From: Betaproteobacteria bacterium
GTDB taxonomy: Bacteria; Pseudomonadota; Gammaproteobacteria; Burkholderiales; SG8-39
Length of the DNA stretch: 64,000 nucleotides
Direction of reading: 5' to 3'
Assembly (NCBI GenBank): GCA_016195915.1
Contig: JACPYS010000038.1
Coordinates: forward strand, 136,929 to 200,928
The number at the start of each line of letters is the position of its first letter. Position 1 is the first letter of the stretch. A model generated the notes under the pieces. The model was not told where the DNA came from and did no database searches. It saw only the letters and a list, made by a program, of their open reading frames with translations. A program made the translations under genes and the position numbers. This document shows positions 1-10,722 of this stretch, piece by piece.

Positions 1-205
1 TCACCACCCGGCCGCCGATCACGATCTCGCCGCCGGTGATGGTCTCCAGCCCCGCCACCATGCGCAACAGCGTCGACTTGCCGCAGCCCGAGGGCCCGAG
101 GATGACGATGAACTCGCCGTCCTTGATCTCCATCGAGACGCCGTGGATGACCTGGAGGTCGGAGGTGTAGCTCTTGCGCACATCCTTCAGCGAGACGGCG
201 GCCAT
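1..205 (-). CDS. ugpC: ABC transporter ATP-binding protein, N-terminal part (gene continues beyond the left edge); UgpC by context
   Basis: Reverse translation from the ATG at 203-205 reads [54 protein letters not shown]... with Walker [10 protein letters not shown]. Its start overlaps the ugpE stop (TAATG). Confidence 0.8.
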   Translation of the reverse strand, partial: MAAVSLKDVRKSYTSDLQVIHGVSMEIKDGEFIVILGPSGCGKSTLLRMVAGLETITGGEIVIGGRVV

Positions 206-1053
206 TATTTTTCAGTCTCCACAAGTCCCTTGACGAACCATTTCTGCATCAACACCACGACGAGCGCCGGGGGCAGCAGCGCGAGGATCGCGGTGGCCAT
301 CACCAGGTGCCATTCGGTGAGCGCATCCCCGCCGGTGATCATGCGCTTGATGCCGATCACCGCGGTATACATGGATTCGTCGGTGGTGATGAGCAGCGGC
401 CACAGGTACTGGTTCCAGCCATAGATAAACTGGATCACGAACAGCGCGGCGATGCTGGTCTTGGACAGGGGCAGCAGCACATCCACAAAAAACCGCATCG
501 GCGAGGCGCCGTCGACGCGCGCCGCCTCGGCCAGTTCGTCGGGGACGGTCATGAAAAACTGCCGGAACAGGAAGGTGGCGGTGGCCGAAGCGATCAGCGG
601 CAGGGTGAGGCCGACGTAAGAGTTGAGGATGCCGAGATCGGAGGCCACCTTGAAGGTCGGGATGATGCGCACCTCAACCGGCAGCATCAGGGTGATGAAG
701 ATCATCCAGAAAAAGAAATTGCGCAGGGGAAAGCGGAAGTAGACGATCGCAAACGAAGCGATGATCGAGATCGCGATCTTGCCGAAGGCGATCACCAGCG
801 CCATCACGAGGCTGTTGAACATCATACGTCCCACCGGCGCCGCCGCGCCGCGCTCCGAGCCCGCCGTCAGCACTTGCGAATAGTTCTCCCAGAAGTGCGG
901 ACCCGGCACCAGTGGCATCGGCACCTTGACGATATCTTCGAGCGTCAGCGTCGAAGCGACGAAAGTGATGTAGAGCGGAAACGCGACCGCCACCACTCCG
1001 GCGATCAGCACCGCATGCGAGAAAAACGTCAGCCAGGGACGATTTTCTACCAT
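205..1053 (-). CDS. ugpE: sn-glycerol-3-phosphate ABC transporter permease UgpE
   Basis: 282-aa ORF. The N-terminus [35 protein letters not shown] closely resembles E. coli UgpE. Multi-TM MalG-type permease in ugpB-A-E-C order. Confidence 0.88.
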   Translation of the reverse strand: MVENRPWLTFFSHAVLIAGVVAVAFPLYITFVASTLTLEDIVKVPMPLVPGPHFWENYSQVLTAGSERGAAAPVGRMMFNSLVMALVIAFGKIAISIIASFAIVYFRFPLRNFFFWMIFITLMLPVEVRIIPTFKVASDLGILNSYVGLTLPLIASATATFLFRQFFMTVPDELAEAARVDGASPMRFFVDVLLPLSKTSIAALFVIQFIYGWNQYLWPLLITTDESMYTAVIGIKRMITGGDALTEWHLVMATAILALLPPALVVVLMQKWFVKGLVETEK

Positions 1054-1064
1054 CGATCGGCCAT

Positions 1065-1946
1065 CTAGTAATGCACCTTGCGCTCGACGAAGCGGAACTG
1101 GATCACTGTGAGCGCGATCACGATGATCATCAGCACCACCGACTGCGCGGAGGAGCCGCCGAGGTCCTGCGATTTAAAGCCGTCGTGGTAGACCTTGTAG
1201 ACGAGGATCTGCGTGGCGCCGGCCGGCCCGCCCTGAGTGGTCGCGTCGATCACGCCGAAGGTCTCGAAGAACGCATACACCATGTTCACCACCAGCAGAA
1301 AAAAGGTGGTCGGCGCGAGTAACGGGAACACCACTGTCCAGAAGCGCCGCATCGGACCCGCGCCGTCGATCGCCGCTGCCTCGATGAGCGATTTCGGCAC
1401 CGATTGCAGCCAGGCGAGAAAGAACAGGAAGTTATAGCTGATCTGCTTCCACACCGAGGCGATCACCACCAGCGCCATCGCCTGGTCGCCCTGCAGCACA
1501 TAGTTCCACTCGACCCCGATCTGCTTGAGCGCGAAGGTGATGATGCCGACCGACGGCGCGAACAGGAACGCCCACAGCACCGCCGCAACCGCGGGCGCCA
1601 CCGCGTAGGGCCAGATCAGCAGCGTCTTGTAGGCGAGCGCGCCGCGCAGCACGCGGTCGGCCATCGTCGCGAGCAGCAGCGACACTGCGATACCGATGAC
1701 GGCGACCAGCACGCTGAACAGCGCAGTGATCTTGAACGACTTGAGATAATGCGGGTCGTTGAACAGCTCGGCGAAGTTGCGCAGGCCGACGAATTCCGTC
1801 TTCAGCCCGAACGCGTCCTGCAACTGAAACGAGAACCAGGCCGCCTGGAACGCCGGCCAGAAAAAAAACACGATCGTGATCGCGAGCTGGGGTGCCACCA
1901 GCGCGTACGGCAGCCACGCCGAGCGAAATACTACGCGCTTTTCCAT
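1065..1946 (-). CDS. ugpA: sn-glycerol-3-phosphate ABC transporter permease UgpA
   Basis: 293-aa [30 protein letters not shown] matches the UgpA N-terminus. MalF-type permease. Confidence 0.88.
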   Translation of the reverse strand: MEKRVVFRSAWLPYALVAPQLAITIVFFFWPAFQAAWFSFQLQDAFGLKTEFVGLRNFAELFNDPHYLKSFKITALFSVLVAVIGIAVSLLLATMADRVLRGALAYKTLLIWPYAVAPAVAAVLWAFLFAPSVGIITFALKQIGVEWNYVLQGDQAMALVVIASVWKQISYNFLFFLAWLQSVPKSLIEAAAIDGAGPMRRFWTVVFPLLAPTTFFLLVVNMVYAFFETFGVIDATTQGGPAGATQILVYKVYHDGFKSQDLGGSSAQSVVLMIIVIALTVIQFRFVERKVHY

Positions 1947-1999
1947 TTTCCGGAGGAACCGTGCGGGAAGAGCGCGCGCCCTTCCCGCTGATCACTTCA

Positions 2000-3406
2000 C
2001 TATTTGTTAGCGGCTTCGAACTTGCGCAGGATGTCGTTGGCGCGCTTGACGGCTTCGTCCATTGCGGCCTTGGGCTGCTTCTTGCCAGCAAAAACCGCCT
2101 CCATTTCCTCCTCGATCACCTCGCGCCCCTGCACGAAGTTGCCGAAGCGCAGGCCTTTGGAGTTCGCCGTCGGCGCCTTGTTGTTGAGTTGCCTGATCGC
2201 CACGTCGGTGCCCGGGTTCTTCTCGTAGTAGCCCGCCTTCTTGGTTGCCTCGAACGCGGCGTTGGTGATCGGGACGTAGCCGGTGCCCTGGTGCCAGACC
2301 GTCTGCACGTCGGTCGAAGAGAGATACGCGAAGAACTTCGTCACTCCCTTGTACTCGTCCGGCTTCTTGCCCGACATCACCCAAAGCGTCGCCCCGCCGA
2401 TAATCGAGTTCTGCGGCGCACCCTTGATGGTATCGTTGTACGGCAGGAAGTTCACCGAAAATTCGAACTTGGCATTCTTGCGGATGTTGCCCTGCGCCGC
2501 CGAGCTTGAGGTGAGCATCGCGCACTCGCCGCTGAAGAAGCGCGCCTCGGCTTCATTGCGCCGGCCAGAGTAGGTGAACCAGCCCTTCTTGGCGTAGTCC
2601 GCGAGCATTGCGATGTGGGCGACGTGTTGCGGGGAGTTGACGGTGAACTGGGTGTCAAAGCCGTCGAAGCCGTTCGATTTCGTGCCGATCGGCAGGTTGT
2701 GCCAGGAACTGAAATTCTCGACGTGCACCCAGGACGGCCAACCCGTGCTGTAGACGCAAGCTTGGCCCGAGGCCTTCAGCTTTTCGGCGGCGGCCGCGAA
2801 CTCCTTCCACGTCTTGGGTGCCTTGTCCGGGTCGAGGCCGGCCTTCTTGTAGGCGTCCTTGTTGACATAGAACACCGGCGTCGAGCTGTTGAAGGGCATC
2901 GACAGCATGTTGCCCTTACTATCGGTGTAATAGCCGGCGACGGCCGCGAGGTAGTTCTTCGGGTCGAACGGCTCGTTCGCCTCCTTCATCATTTGGTATA
3001 CGGGCTTGATGGCACCTTTGGCCGCCATCATCGTCGCCGTGCCTACCTCGAACACCTGCAGGATGTGCGGCGCGCTGCCGGCGCGGAACGCAGCGATCGC
3101 GGCGGTCATGGACTCCGGATACTGGCCCTTGAAGACCGGCGTCACCTTGTAGTCCTTCTGGCTCGCGTTGAAGCCGTTGGCGATATCGTTAACCCGGTCG
3201 TTGAGGGCGCCGGTCATCGAGTGCCACCACTGGATTTCCATCCCCGGGTGCACCTCCGCGACTGGCTTCGGCGCTTCGGCCGCGGGCTTGGGGGCTTCGG
3301 GTGCGGGCTTTGGCGGCTCAGGTTTCTTCTGCTCGCAGCCAAAAAGACCTATAACCATGGTCACCCAAACGCAGGCAAGCGCCGCAGCCGTTCTATTGAA
3401 TTTCAT
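2000..3406 (-). CDS. ugpB: sn-glycerol-3-phosphate-binding protein UgpB (lipoprotein form with Pro/Ala/Lys linker)
   Basis: 468-aa ORF. The core (WWHSMTGAL..., AAFRAGSAPHILQVFEVGTATMMAAKGAIKPVY) is clearly UgpB-like. The N-terminus has a lipobox-like GLFGC followed by KKPEPPKPAPEAPKPAAEAPKPVAE. Confidence 0.88.
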   Translation of the reverse strand: MKFNRTAAALACVWVTMVIGLFGCEQKKPEPPKPAPEAPKPAAEAPKPVAEVHPGMEIQWWHSMTGALNDRVNDIANGFNASQKDYKVTPVFKGQYPESMTAAIAAFRAGSAPHILQVFEVGTATMMAAKGAIKPVYQMMKEANEPFDPKNYLAAVAGYYTDSKGNMLSMPFNSSTPVFYVNKDAYKKAGLDPDKAPKTWKEFAAAAEKLKASGQACVYSTGWPSWVHVENFSSWHNLPIGTKSNGFDGFDTQFTVNSPQHVAHIAMLADYAKKGWFTYSGRRNEAEARFFSGECAMLTSSSAAQGNIRKNAKFEFSVNFLPYNDTIKGAPQNSIIGGATLWVMSGKKPDEYKGVTKFFAYLSSTDVQTVWHQGTGYVPITNAAFEATKKAGYYEKNPGTDVAIRQLNNKAPTANSKGLRFGNFVQGREVIEEEMEAVFAGKKQPKAAMDEAVKRANDILRKFEAANK

Positions 3407-3568
3407 GGGTCCGCTCCTCTAGTTGTTTTCCCCGGCCATTGGATTATTTTCCACCGAGAATTGAGAATTAGTATAGCTTGAAACAACTACAAAATGGGAT
3501 GTAACCGACCGCTAACATGGAATGCTTCCCATCTTCCCGGAGCGACCCATGCACGCAGCATCCGCTGC

Positions 3569-5263
3569 TTAATCGGCGCCGGCTGCAGGCTTTCCGCCAC
3601 GCGCCTCGTCGCGCAATGCACGCCGTAGAATCTTGCCGACATTGGTCTTCGGGAGATCGGCCCTGAATTCGAAGTACCGCGGCAGCTTGTAGCCGGTGAG
3701 ATTCCGGCGGCAATGCTCGACGAGGTCTTTTTCGGTCAGCGCCGGATTCTGCTTCACCACGAATACCTTGGGCACTTCGCCCGACTTCTCGTCGGCAACG
3801 CCGATCGCGCAGCACTCGAGCACGCCGGGACAGGCAACCACCACCTCCTCGATTTCGTTCGGGTACACGTTGAACCCGGACACCAGGATCATGTCCTTCT
3901 TGCGGTCGACGATTTTCACGTAACCGCGCTCGTCCATCACGCCGACGTCGCCGGTCATGAACGCGCCGTCCGCCGCCATCACGCGCGCGGTTTCGTCGGG
4001 GCACTTCCAGTAGCCCTGCATGACCTGTGGACCGGAGATGCAGATCTCGCCAGCCTGCCCCGGCGGCAGGACCGCGCCCGCCTCGTCGCGGATCGTGATC
4101 GTCGTGGACGGCACCGGCAGTCCGATCGTGCCCGAGTAGGAGGTGAGGGTCACGGGATTGGTGGTCGCGACCGGGGAAGTCTCTGACAGTCCGTATCCCT
4201 CCAGGATCGGCACTTTCGTCAGATGTTGCCAGCGGTCTGCCACGACCTTTTGCATTGCCATCCCCCCGGCGGTCGCCAAGCGCAGCGCCGAGAAATCGAC
4301 GCTCGCGAAATCGGGGTGATTGAGCAGCGCGGCGTAGAGCGTGTTGAGCCCGGCGATCGCCGTGAAGCGGTTGGCGCGAAGTTCCTTGATGAATCCGGGA
4401 ATGTCGCGCGGATTCGGAATCAGCAGGTTGCAGCCGCCCTCCTTCATCATGAAGAGGCAATTGCAGGTGAGCGCATAGATATGGTAGAGCGGCAACGGCG
4501 CCACCATCACGTGCGGGTTCTTCTCGATGCGCACGGGCGCGAACCACGCCGCAACCTGCTCGAGGTTCGCGATGATGTTGCGGTGCAGGAGCACGGCACC
4601 CTTGGAGACGCCCGTGGTGCCGCCGGTGTATTGCAGGAAAGCGATGTCCTCCGGGCCCAGGTCCGCCACCGGCCGGAGCTGGCAGCCGGCGCCGGAAGCG
4701 AGCATGGCCTTGTACGCGGTCGCGTCCGGCAGCTCGTACGGCGGCACCATCTTCTTCAGCTTGCGCACCACGAAGTTGACGAGCAGGCCCTTGAAGCCGA
4801 GCAGATCTCCCATCGTCGCCACGACCGCGTGGCGCACCTGCGTGCGGGCGATCACCTGTTGCACGGTAGAGGCGAAGTTCTCCAGAACGACAATGGCTTC
4901 CGCGCCCGAGTCCTTGAGCTGATGCTCCAATTCGCGTGGCGTGTACAGCGGGTTGACGTTGACCACGGTGCAACCGGCGCGCAGGATGCCAAAGATCGAA
5001 ACGGGATATTGCAGCACGTTCGGCATCATCACCGCGACGCGCGCCCCTTTGTCGAGACCCTTCGACTGCAGCCACGCGGCGACGTTCCGCGACAACCGGT
5101 CGACCTCGCCGAAGCTGAGGCTCGCGCCCATGCAGCGGTAGGCCTCCCGATCGCGGTACTTGCCGACGCATTCCTCGAACAGATGCGGGATGGAGCGGTA
5201 GGCGTTCGCGTCGATGTCCGCAGGAACGCCGACGGGGTATTGCGCGAGCCAGATTCTCTCCAT
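3569..5263 (-). CDS. fadD: long-chain-fatty-acid--CoA ligase
   Basis: The ORF 3569..5404 was trimmed to the ATG at 5263 (MERIWLAQYPVGVPADID..., FadD-like N-terminus), preceded by GGAGGAGG. AMP-binding motifs YTGGTTGVSKGA and GYGLSE are present. Confidence 0.85.
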   Translation of the reverse strand: MERIWLAQYPVGVPADIDANAYRSIPHLFEECVGKYRDREAYRCMGASLSFGEVDRLSRNVAAWLQSKGLDKGARVAVMMPNVLQYPVSIFGILRAGCTVVNVNPLYTPRELEHQLKDSGAEAIVVLENFASTVQQVIARTQVRHAVVATMGDLLGFKGLLVNFVVRKLKKMVPPYELPDATAYKAMLASGAGCQLRPVADLGPEDIAFLQYTGGTTGVSKGAVLLHRNIIANLEQVAAWFAPVRIEKNPHVMVAPLPLYHIYALTCNCLFMMKEGGCNLLIPNPRDIPGFIKELRANRFTAIAGLNTLYAALLNHPDFASVDFSALRLATAGGMAMQKVVADRWQHLTKVPILEGYGLSETSPVATTNPVTLTSYSGTIGLPVPSTTITIRDEAGAVLPPGQAGEICISGPQVMQGYWKCPDETARVMAADGAFMTGDVGVMDERGYVKIVDRKKDMILVSGFNVYPNEIEEVVVACPGVLECCAIGVADEKSGEVPKVFVVKQNPALTEKDLVEHCRRNLTGYKLPRYFEFRADLPKTNVGKILRRALRDEARGGKPAAGAD

Positions 5264-5422
5264 GAAACGACCTCCTCCCGGTTGATGTTGCAAGCGTCGC
5301 GGCACCCGCAAGGCGAGTGAGGTTAGCCCGATCGCAGCGTAGCCGAAAGGCCGGATTGAGAGGTGGACACCGCCACTCTCATCGGTAACAATTAATGATA
5401 CCAATCACGAAAACGCAGCCCC

Positions 5423-6238
5423 ATGCCTCACTCCGCGGCCTTGCTGGAGGCGCTCAAGCGCGAGCTGCGCGTCCGGCGTATCACCTACGCCCGGGTCGCG
5501 CGCCACCTCGGACTGAGCCTGACCAGCGTCAAGCGCCTGTTTTCCCGCAACGGATTCAATCTGCAGCGCATCGACCGCATCTGCGCGCTGATGGACATCG
5601 AGTTCACCGACCTGGCGCACGTCGCGGTGGCGCGAACCAGCGTGATCTCCCAGCTCAGCTTCGAGCAGGAAAAGGAGTTCGTCGACGATCCCCGGCTGAT
5701 GCTGGTCGCCTGCGCCGCGCTCAGCTACTGGAATCTGGAGCAGATCGTCGAGCACTACGATTTTACCCCCGCCCAGTGCATCCGGCTCCTGGTGAAACTT
5801 GACCGGCTGAAATTCATCGAGCTGGGCGCCAACAACCGGTTCAGGCTGCGCGTCAGCCAGACCTTCTCATGGTTGCCCGACGGTCCCATCCAGCAGCAGT
5901 TCCGCAAGTACATGCAACTTGACTACTTCCGCTCGCGCTTCAACAGCGAGAACGAGCTCATGCTGCAGGTGTTCGGCGCTCTTTCGAAACCGTCACGGGC
6001 CGCGCTGCTGACGAGGTTGAAGCGCCTGGCGCACGAATTCTCTGAAATGAACCGGCAGGATGGCCCTCTGCCGCTCGGCGAGCGCCAGAGCATGACCCTG
6101 CTGCTCGCAGTGCGCCCTTGGGAGCCGCTGCACCTTCGCGCCTTGCGGCGCAAGCGGCCGGAGACGAGACAGGCGGACCGGTCCGGCGCGGCATCGCCGC
6201 CTCACCGCATCGCCGCCGCACCGGGGACCAGGACTTGA
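5423..6238 (+). CDS. helix-turn-helix transcriptional regulator
   Basis: 271-aa ORF. The N-terminal ITYARVARHLGLSLTSVKRLFSRNG is a typical HTH. Divergent from fadD; its stop overlaps the proposed glpD start. Confidence 0.6.
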   Translation: MPHSAALLEALKRELRVRRITYARVARHLGLSLTSVKRLFSRNGFNLQRIDRICALMDIEFTDLAHVAVARTSVISQLSFEQEKEFVDDPRLMLVACAALSYWNLEQIVEHYDFTPAQCIRLLVKLDRLKFIELGANNRFRLRVSQTFSWLPDGPIQQQFRKYMQLDYFRSRFNSENELMLQVFGALSKPSRAALLTRLKRLAHEFSEMNRQDGPLPLGERQSMTLLLAVRPWEPLHLRALRRKRPETRQADRSGAASPPHRIAAAPGTRT

Positions 6239-7872
6239 ACCTCAGGAACAGCAACATCGGCAAGCTCCGCTCGCAGCGCTTCGACGTGCTCGTCGTCGGC
6301 GGCGGAATCAACGGCGCGGTGGCGGCCGCGGCGCTGGCGGCGCGCGGCGCGTCGGTGGCCCTGATCGAGCGCGGCGACTTCGCAGGCTTCACCAGCCAGC
6401 AGTCCTCGAACCTGGCCTGGGGCGGCATCAAGTACATGGAGAGCGGCGAGTACCTGCTGGTGCGCAGACTGTGCATGAGCCGCAATCACCTGATCCGCAG
6501 CTACCCGTCCACGGTGCGCGAGGTCCGCTTCTTCACTACCGTGCAGCGCGGCTTTCGCTGGCACCCGCTGATCCTGTGGGCCGGCACCTGGCTGTACTGG
6601 CTGATCGGCAACTGCTTCACGCGCTATCCGCGCCTGCGCCCGAAGCGCGCCATCCAGGCCGAAGAGCCAGTGATCAGGCTCGACGACGTGAGCGGCGGCT
6701 TCGAATATTCGGATGCCTTCCTGTACGACAACGACGCGCGCTTCGTGTTCAACTTCATCCGCTCGGCGCTATCCTACGGCGCGATCTGCGCCAACTACGT
6801 CGAGTCGCTCGGCGCGCGGCGCGTGGCGCAGGCGGGCGACCACGAGTGGCACACGCAGGCGCGCGACACGACCAGCGGTGAGTCCTTCACGATCCGCTCG
6901 CAGGTCCTGATCAACGCCGCCGGCCCGTTCGTGGACGCGCACAACCGACTCAGCGGCCAGAGCACCGAGCACCGCCACGTGTTCTCCAAGGGCATCCACC
7001 TGATCGTCGCGCGGCTGACGCCGAGCAAGCGCGTGCTGGCGTTCTTCGCCGACGACGGGCGGTTGTTCTTCGCCATCCCGATGGGCGCGCGCACCTGCAT
7101 CGGCACCACCGATACGCGCGTCGACTCGCCGCAGGTCGAGGTCACGCCGGAGGACCGGCGCTTCGTGCTCGACAACATCAACAAGCGCCTGAAGCTCGGC
7201 CAGCCGCTGGACGAGCGCGACATCATCGCCGAGCGCTGCGGCGTGCGGCCGCTGGCGGTCTGGGGCGGCGACGGCAGCGAGCGCGACTTCCTGCAGTTGT
7301 CACGCAAGCACGCGATCGAGGTCAACCGCGCGGACCGGCACCTGAGCATCTTCGGCGGCAAGCTCACCGACTGCCTGAACGTCGGCGAGGAGATCAGCCG
7401 CCTGGCCGCCGGGCTCGGCGTGCCGATCCCGCATCCCGGGTTCCGCTGGTACGGCGAGCCCGCCGAGGCGACGCGCCGCGAATTCTTCCACCAGGCCGAG
7501 CTGATGAAGCTCGACGGCTACACCGCGCCCGAGTCCAGCGAGCCGCTCAGCAGCCGGCTGTGGCGCCGCTACGGCGCGCAGGCGATCGGCCTGCTCGAGA
7601 CCATCCGCGAGGACCCGCGCGAGGCCGAGGTGCTGATCAAGGGCACCGAATACATCCGCTGCGAGCTGCGCCAGGCCGCGCGCCGCGAGATGATCGTCAC
7701 CCTCGAGGACTTCCTGCGCCGCCGCTCCAAGATCGCGCTGGTCGAGCGCACCGAAGTGATTCGCGCGGCGCCCGGGCTGATGGAAGCCTGCCGCATCCTG
7801 TTCGGCGGCAAGGCGCAGCAGCGCTTCGACGAGTATTTCGGCCACCCGGGCCGACCGGCCGAGGCAACTTGA
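6235..7872 (+). CDS. glpD: FAD-dependent glycerol-3-phosphate dehydrogenase
   Basis: Rossmann motif DVLVVGGGINGAVAAAALAARG followed by SSNLAWGGIKYME, as in GlpD. The track ORF starts at 6118 but overlaps the regulator by 121 nt. TTG at 6235-6237 overlaps the regulator TGA (TTGA) and leaves 17 aa before the FAD fold. The start is uncertain. Confidence 0.7.
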   Translation: MNLRNSNIGKLRSQRFDVLVVGGGINGAVAAAALAARGASVALIERGDFAGFTSQQSSNLAWGGIKYMESGEYLLVRRLCMSRNHLIRSYPSTVREVRFFTTVQRGFRWHPLILWAGTWLYWLIGNCFTRYPRLRPKRAIQAEEPVIRLDDVSGGFEYSDAFLYDNDARFVFNFIRSALSYGAICANYVESLGARRVAQAGDHEWHTQARDTTSGESFTIRSQVLINAAGPFVDAHNRLSGQSTEHRHVFSKGIHLIVARLTPSKRVLAFFADDGRLFFAIPMGARTCIGTTDTRVDSPQVEVTPEDRRFVLDNINKRLKLGQPLDERDIIAERCGVRPLAVWGGDGSERDFLQLSRKHAIEVNRADRHLSIFGGKLTDCLNVGEEISRLAAGLGVPIPHPGFRWYGEPAEATRREFFHQAELMKLDGYTAPESSEPLSSRLWRRYGAQAIGLLETIREDPREAEVLIKGTEYIRCELRQAARREMIVTLEDFLRRRSKIALVERTEVIRAAPGLMEACRILFGGKAQQRFDEYFGHPGRPAEAT

Positions 7873-7962
7873 CGAGCGTCGGCCGCGCGCCGCGATGATG
7901 CGAGAGTTGAACCTGTGCGGGGCAAAGGCGGCGTAAACTGAACGGCAACGGAGGAGGACGCC

Positions 7963-9441
7963 ATGATTCGTACGACGAAGACCGTAACTGCGGCGATCGC
8001 GCTCGTGTTCAGCGCGGGCGCGGCGGCGCAGGGCGCGCTGCAAGAGCTTTCGGCAAGCGAAGCGGCGAAGCTGATTCGCGCAGGCAAGCTGAAAAGCGAG
8101 GACCTGGTCAAGGCGCTCGCCGACCAGATCGAGAAGAAGAAGGACTTGAACGCCTTCATCAGCTTCGACCGCGACTCAGCGCTCAAGGCGGCGCGCGAGG
8201 CCGACGCGCTCGCGTCGAAGAAGAAGTTCAAGGGCCCGCTGCACGGCGTGCCGCTGGTGGTGAAGGACAACATCCGCGTCGCCGGCTTTTCGAACAGCGC
8301 CGGCACGCCGGCGCTGAAGGATTTCCGGCCGAAGCAGCACGCCCCGGTCGTCGCCAAGCTCGTCAAGGCGGGCGCGATCGTGCTCGGCAAGACCAACATG
8401 CACGAGCTCGCCTTCGGCATCACTACCAACAACGCCGCCTTCGGCCCCGCGCGCAATCCGTACGACCCGAAGCGCATTGCCGGGGGATCCTCTGGCGGAA
8501 ACGGGGTCGCGATCGCGGCGCGCATGGCGCCCGCGGGCCTTGGGTCGGACACGGGCGGCTCGGTGCGCATTCCCGCGGCGTTGAACGGCATCGCGGGCCT
8601 GCGACCAACGCTGAAGCGCTATTCACAGGAAGGCATCACGCCGATCGCGCACACGCGCGACACTGCCGGCCAGATGGCGCGCACGGTCGAAGACCTTGCG
8701 TTGCTCGACAGCGTCATCACGGGAGCGGCAGACAAAGTCGTTCCTGCGGAGCTGAAGGGGCTGCGCGTCGGCGTGCACAAGGCGTACTTCTTCAAGGGCC
8801 TGGACGCCGAGACGGAGAAGTTGACGCTCGCCGCGCTCGACAAGATGAAGGCCGCGGGCGCAGACATCGTCGAGGTGGACATGCCAGGGCTCGCCGACCT
8901 CAACAACAAGGTGAGCTTTCCGGTCGCGCTCTTCGAGGCCAACGTCGATCTCGCGAAATACCTAAAGAAATTCGGCATCCCGCTCGACGTGAAAGGCGTT
9001 GCCGCGCAGATCAGGAGTCCGGACGTCAAAGGCGTGTTCGACGGCGTGATCGTGCCCGGTGCCGCGAAACCGATGCCGCCCGAAGCGTACCAGGCGGCGC
9101 TCGCGACACGGCCGAAGCTGCAGAAGCTCTACGCCGACACGTTCGCGATGAACAGGATCTCCGCGCTTGCGTTCCCGACCACTCCGCTGCCGGCGGCACC
9201 GATCGGCGACGACGAGAAGACCAGGCTCAACGGCCAGGACGTGCCGACCTTCCCGACCTTCATCCAGAACACCGATCCCGGCTCGAACGCCGGCGTTCCC
9301 GGGATCACCGTGCCGATCGCGCGCACGCAAGCCGGATTGCCGCTCGGCATCGAGCTCGACGGCCCGGCCGGCAGCGATCGCAAATTGCTCGCGCTCGGGC
9401 TGGCGTTGGAGAAGCTTTTCGGCCGGCTGCCCGCGCCTTGA
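7963..9441 (+). CDS. secreted amidase-signature family amidase
   Basis: 492 aa. Signal-like N-terminus MIRTTKTVTAAIALVFSAGAAAQGA. Amidase signature GGSSGGNGVAIAA...GSDTGGSVRIPA. RBS GGAGGAGG upstream. Confidence 0.85.
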   Translation: MIRTTKTVTAAIALVFSAGAAAQGALQELSASEAAKLIRAGKLKSEDLVKALADQIEKKKDLNAFISFDRDSALKAAREADALASKKKFKGPLHGVPLVVKDNIRVAGFSNSAGTPALKDFRPKQHAPVVAKLVKAGAIVLGKTNMHELAFGITTNNAAFGPARNPYDPKRIAGGSSGGNGVAIAARMAPAGLGSDTGGSVRIPAALNGIAGLRPTLKRYSQEGITPIAHTRDTAGQMARTVEDLALLDSVITGAADKVVPAELKGLRVGVHKAYFFKGLDAETEKLTLAALDKMKAAGADIVEVDMPGLADLNNKVSFPVALFEANVDLAKYLKKFGIPLDVKGVAAQIRSPDVKGVFDGVIVPGAAKPMPPEAYQAALATRPKLQKLYADTFAMNRISALAFPTTPLPAAPIGDDEKTRLNGQDVPTFPTFIQNTDPGSNAGVPGITVPIARTQAGLPLGIELDGPAGSDRKLLALGLALEKLFGRLPAP

Positions 9442-9481
9442 ACCGGATTCCCGTCTGAACCCATGAGAGAAGGAGGATCAA

Positions 9482-10648
9482 ATGGCTAACGCGCAAGCGA
9501 TCGATCAAGTCCTGAAGCGGGCAGCGGAAGCGAACGATGTGCCCGGTGTCGTCGCGCTGGCGGCGACGGACCGGAGTGTCATCTACGAGGGAGCGTTCGG
9601 CAAGCGCGAGCTCGGCAAGGAGGCAGGAATGACCCTCGACACGGTCGTGTGGATCGCCTCGATGACGAAGGCGATGACCGCTGCCGGCGCGATGCAGCTG
9701 GTGGAGCACGGCAGGCTGAAGCTCGACTCGGCGGCGGCCGAAGTGGTGCCGGACCTGGCGAAGGCAACAGTGCTCGAAGGCTTCGACGCGGCCGGCAAGC
9801 CGAAGCTGCGCGCGCCCAGACGGCCGATCACGCTGCGGCAGCTGTTGACGCACACCGCGGGATTCAGCTACGAGATCTGGAGCGCCGACATCGCGAAATA
9901 TCAGGCCGCCACCGGTACGCCGGGCATCACCACCTGCGAGAACGCAGCGCTTACCACGCCGCTGCTGTTCGATCCGGGCACGCGCTGGGATTACGGCATC
10001 AATATGGATTGGGTCGGCAAGATGGTCGAAGCCGCGAGCGGCCAGAAGCTCGGCGACTACCTGCAGCAGAACCTGTTCGCGCCGCTCGGCATGACGAGTA
10101 CCTCGTTCAAGCTGACCCCGTCGCAGCGATCGCGGCTCGCGAGCGTGCACGCGCGCGGGCCGGATGGCGCGCTGGCAGTGTTTCCGTTCGAGCTGCCGCA
10201 GGAGCCGCAGTTCCAGATTGGTGGAGGCGGGTTGTACTGCACTGCGCAGGACTACATCCGGTTCACGCAGATGATCCTGAACCGCGGCAAGTCGAACGGC
10301 AACCAGGTGCTCATGCCCGAGACCGTTCAGATGATGTCGCAGAACCAGATGGGCGACATCGACGTCGGCGTACTGAAGACCGCCGCGCCGCCGCTGTCGA
10401 ACGACGTGGCGCTCTTCCCGGGAATGAAGCTCAAATGGGGCCTGAGCTTCCTGATCAATACGGCGCAGACGCCGCAGGGTCGCTCGGCAGGCAGTCTCGC
10501 GTGGGCGGGGCTCGCCAATACTTTCTTCTGGATCGATCCGGTGAAGCGCGTGACGGGCGTGTTCCTGACCCAGGTGCTGCCCTTCTTCGACCAGAAGACC
10601 ATCGGGCTCCTGGGCGATTTCGAGACAGCGGTATACCAGTCGCTCTGA
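9482..10648 (+). CDS. serine hydrolase, beta-lactamase/esterase (class C-like) family
   Basis: 388 aa. S-x-x-K nucleophile motif ASMTKAMT. RBS GAAGGAGGA upstream. Confidence 0.8.
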   Translation: MANAQAIDQVLKRAAEANDVPGVVALAATDRSVIYEGAFGKRELGKEAGMTLDTVVWIASMTKAMTAAGAMQLVEHGRLKLDSAAAEVVPDLAKATVLEGFDAAGKPKLRAPRRPITLRQLLTHTAGFSYEIWSADIAKYQAATGTPGITTCENAALTTPLLFDPGTRWDYGINMDWVGKMVEAASGQKLGDYLQQNLFAPLGMTSTSFKLTPSQRSRLASVHARGPDGALAVFPFELPQEPQFQIGGGGLYCTAQDYIRFTQMILNRGKSNGNQVLMPETVQMMSQNQMGDIDVGVLKTAAPPLSNDVALFPGMKLKWGLSFLINTAQTPQGRSAGSLAWAGLANTFFWIDPVKRVTGVFLTQVLPFFDQKTIGLLGDFETAVYQSL

Positions 10649-10722
10649 GCAGGAGTGGCGAGCGCTGTGCCGGACGAGCGCTGACCGAGATCCTTGCGTC
10701 CGTCTTGAACTGAGCAGGTTGT

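Noticed and set aside
3555-3568. Hairpin GCAGC-ATCC-GCTGC immediately after the fadD stop, as a terminator
   Set aside because: The stem is only 5 bp and no T tract follows on the transcribed (minus) strand.
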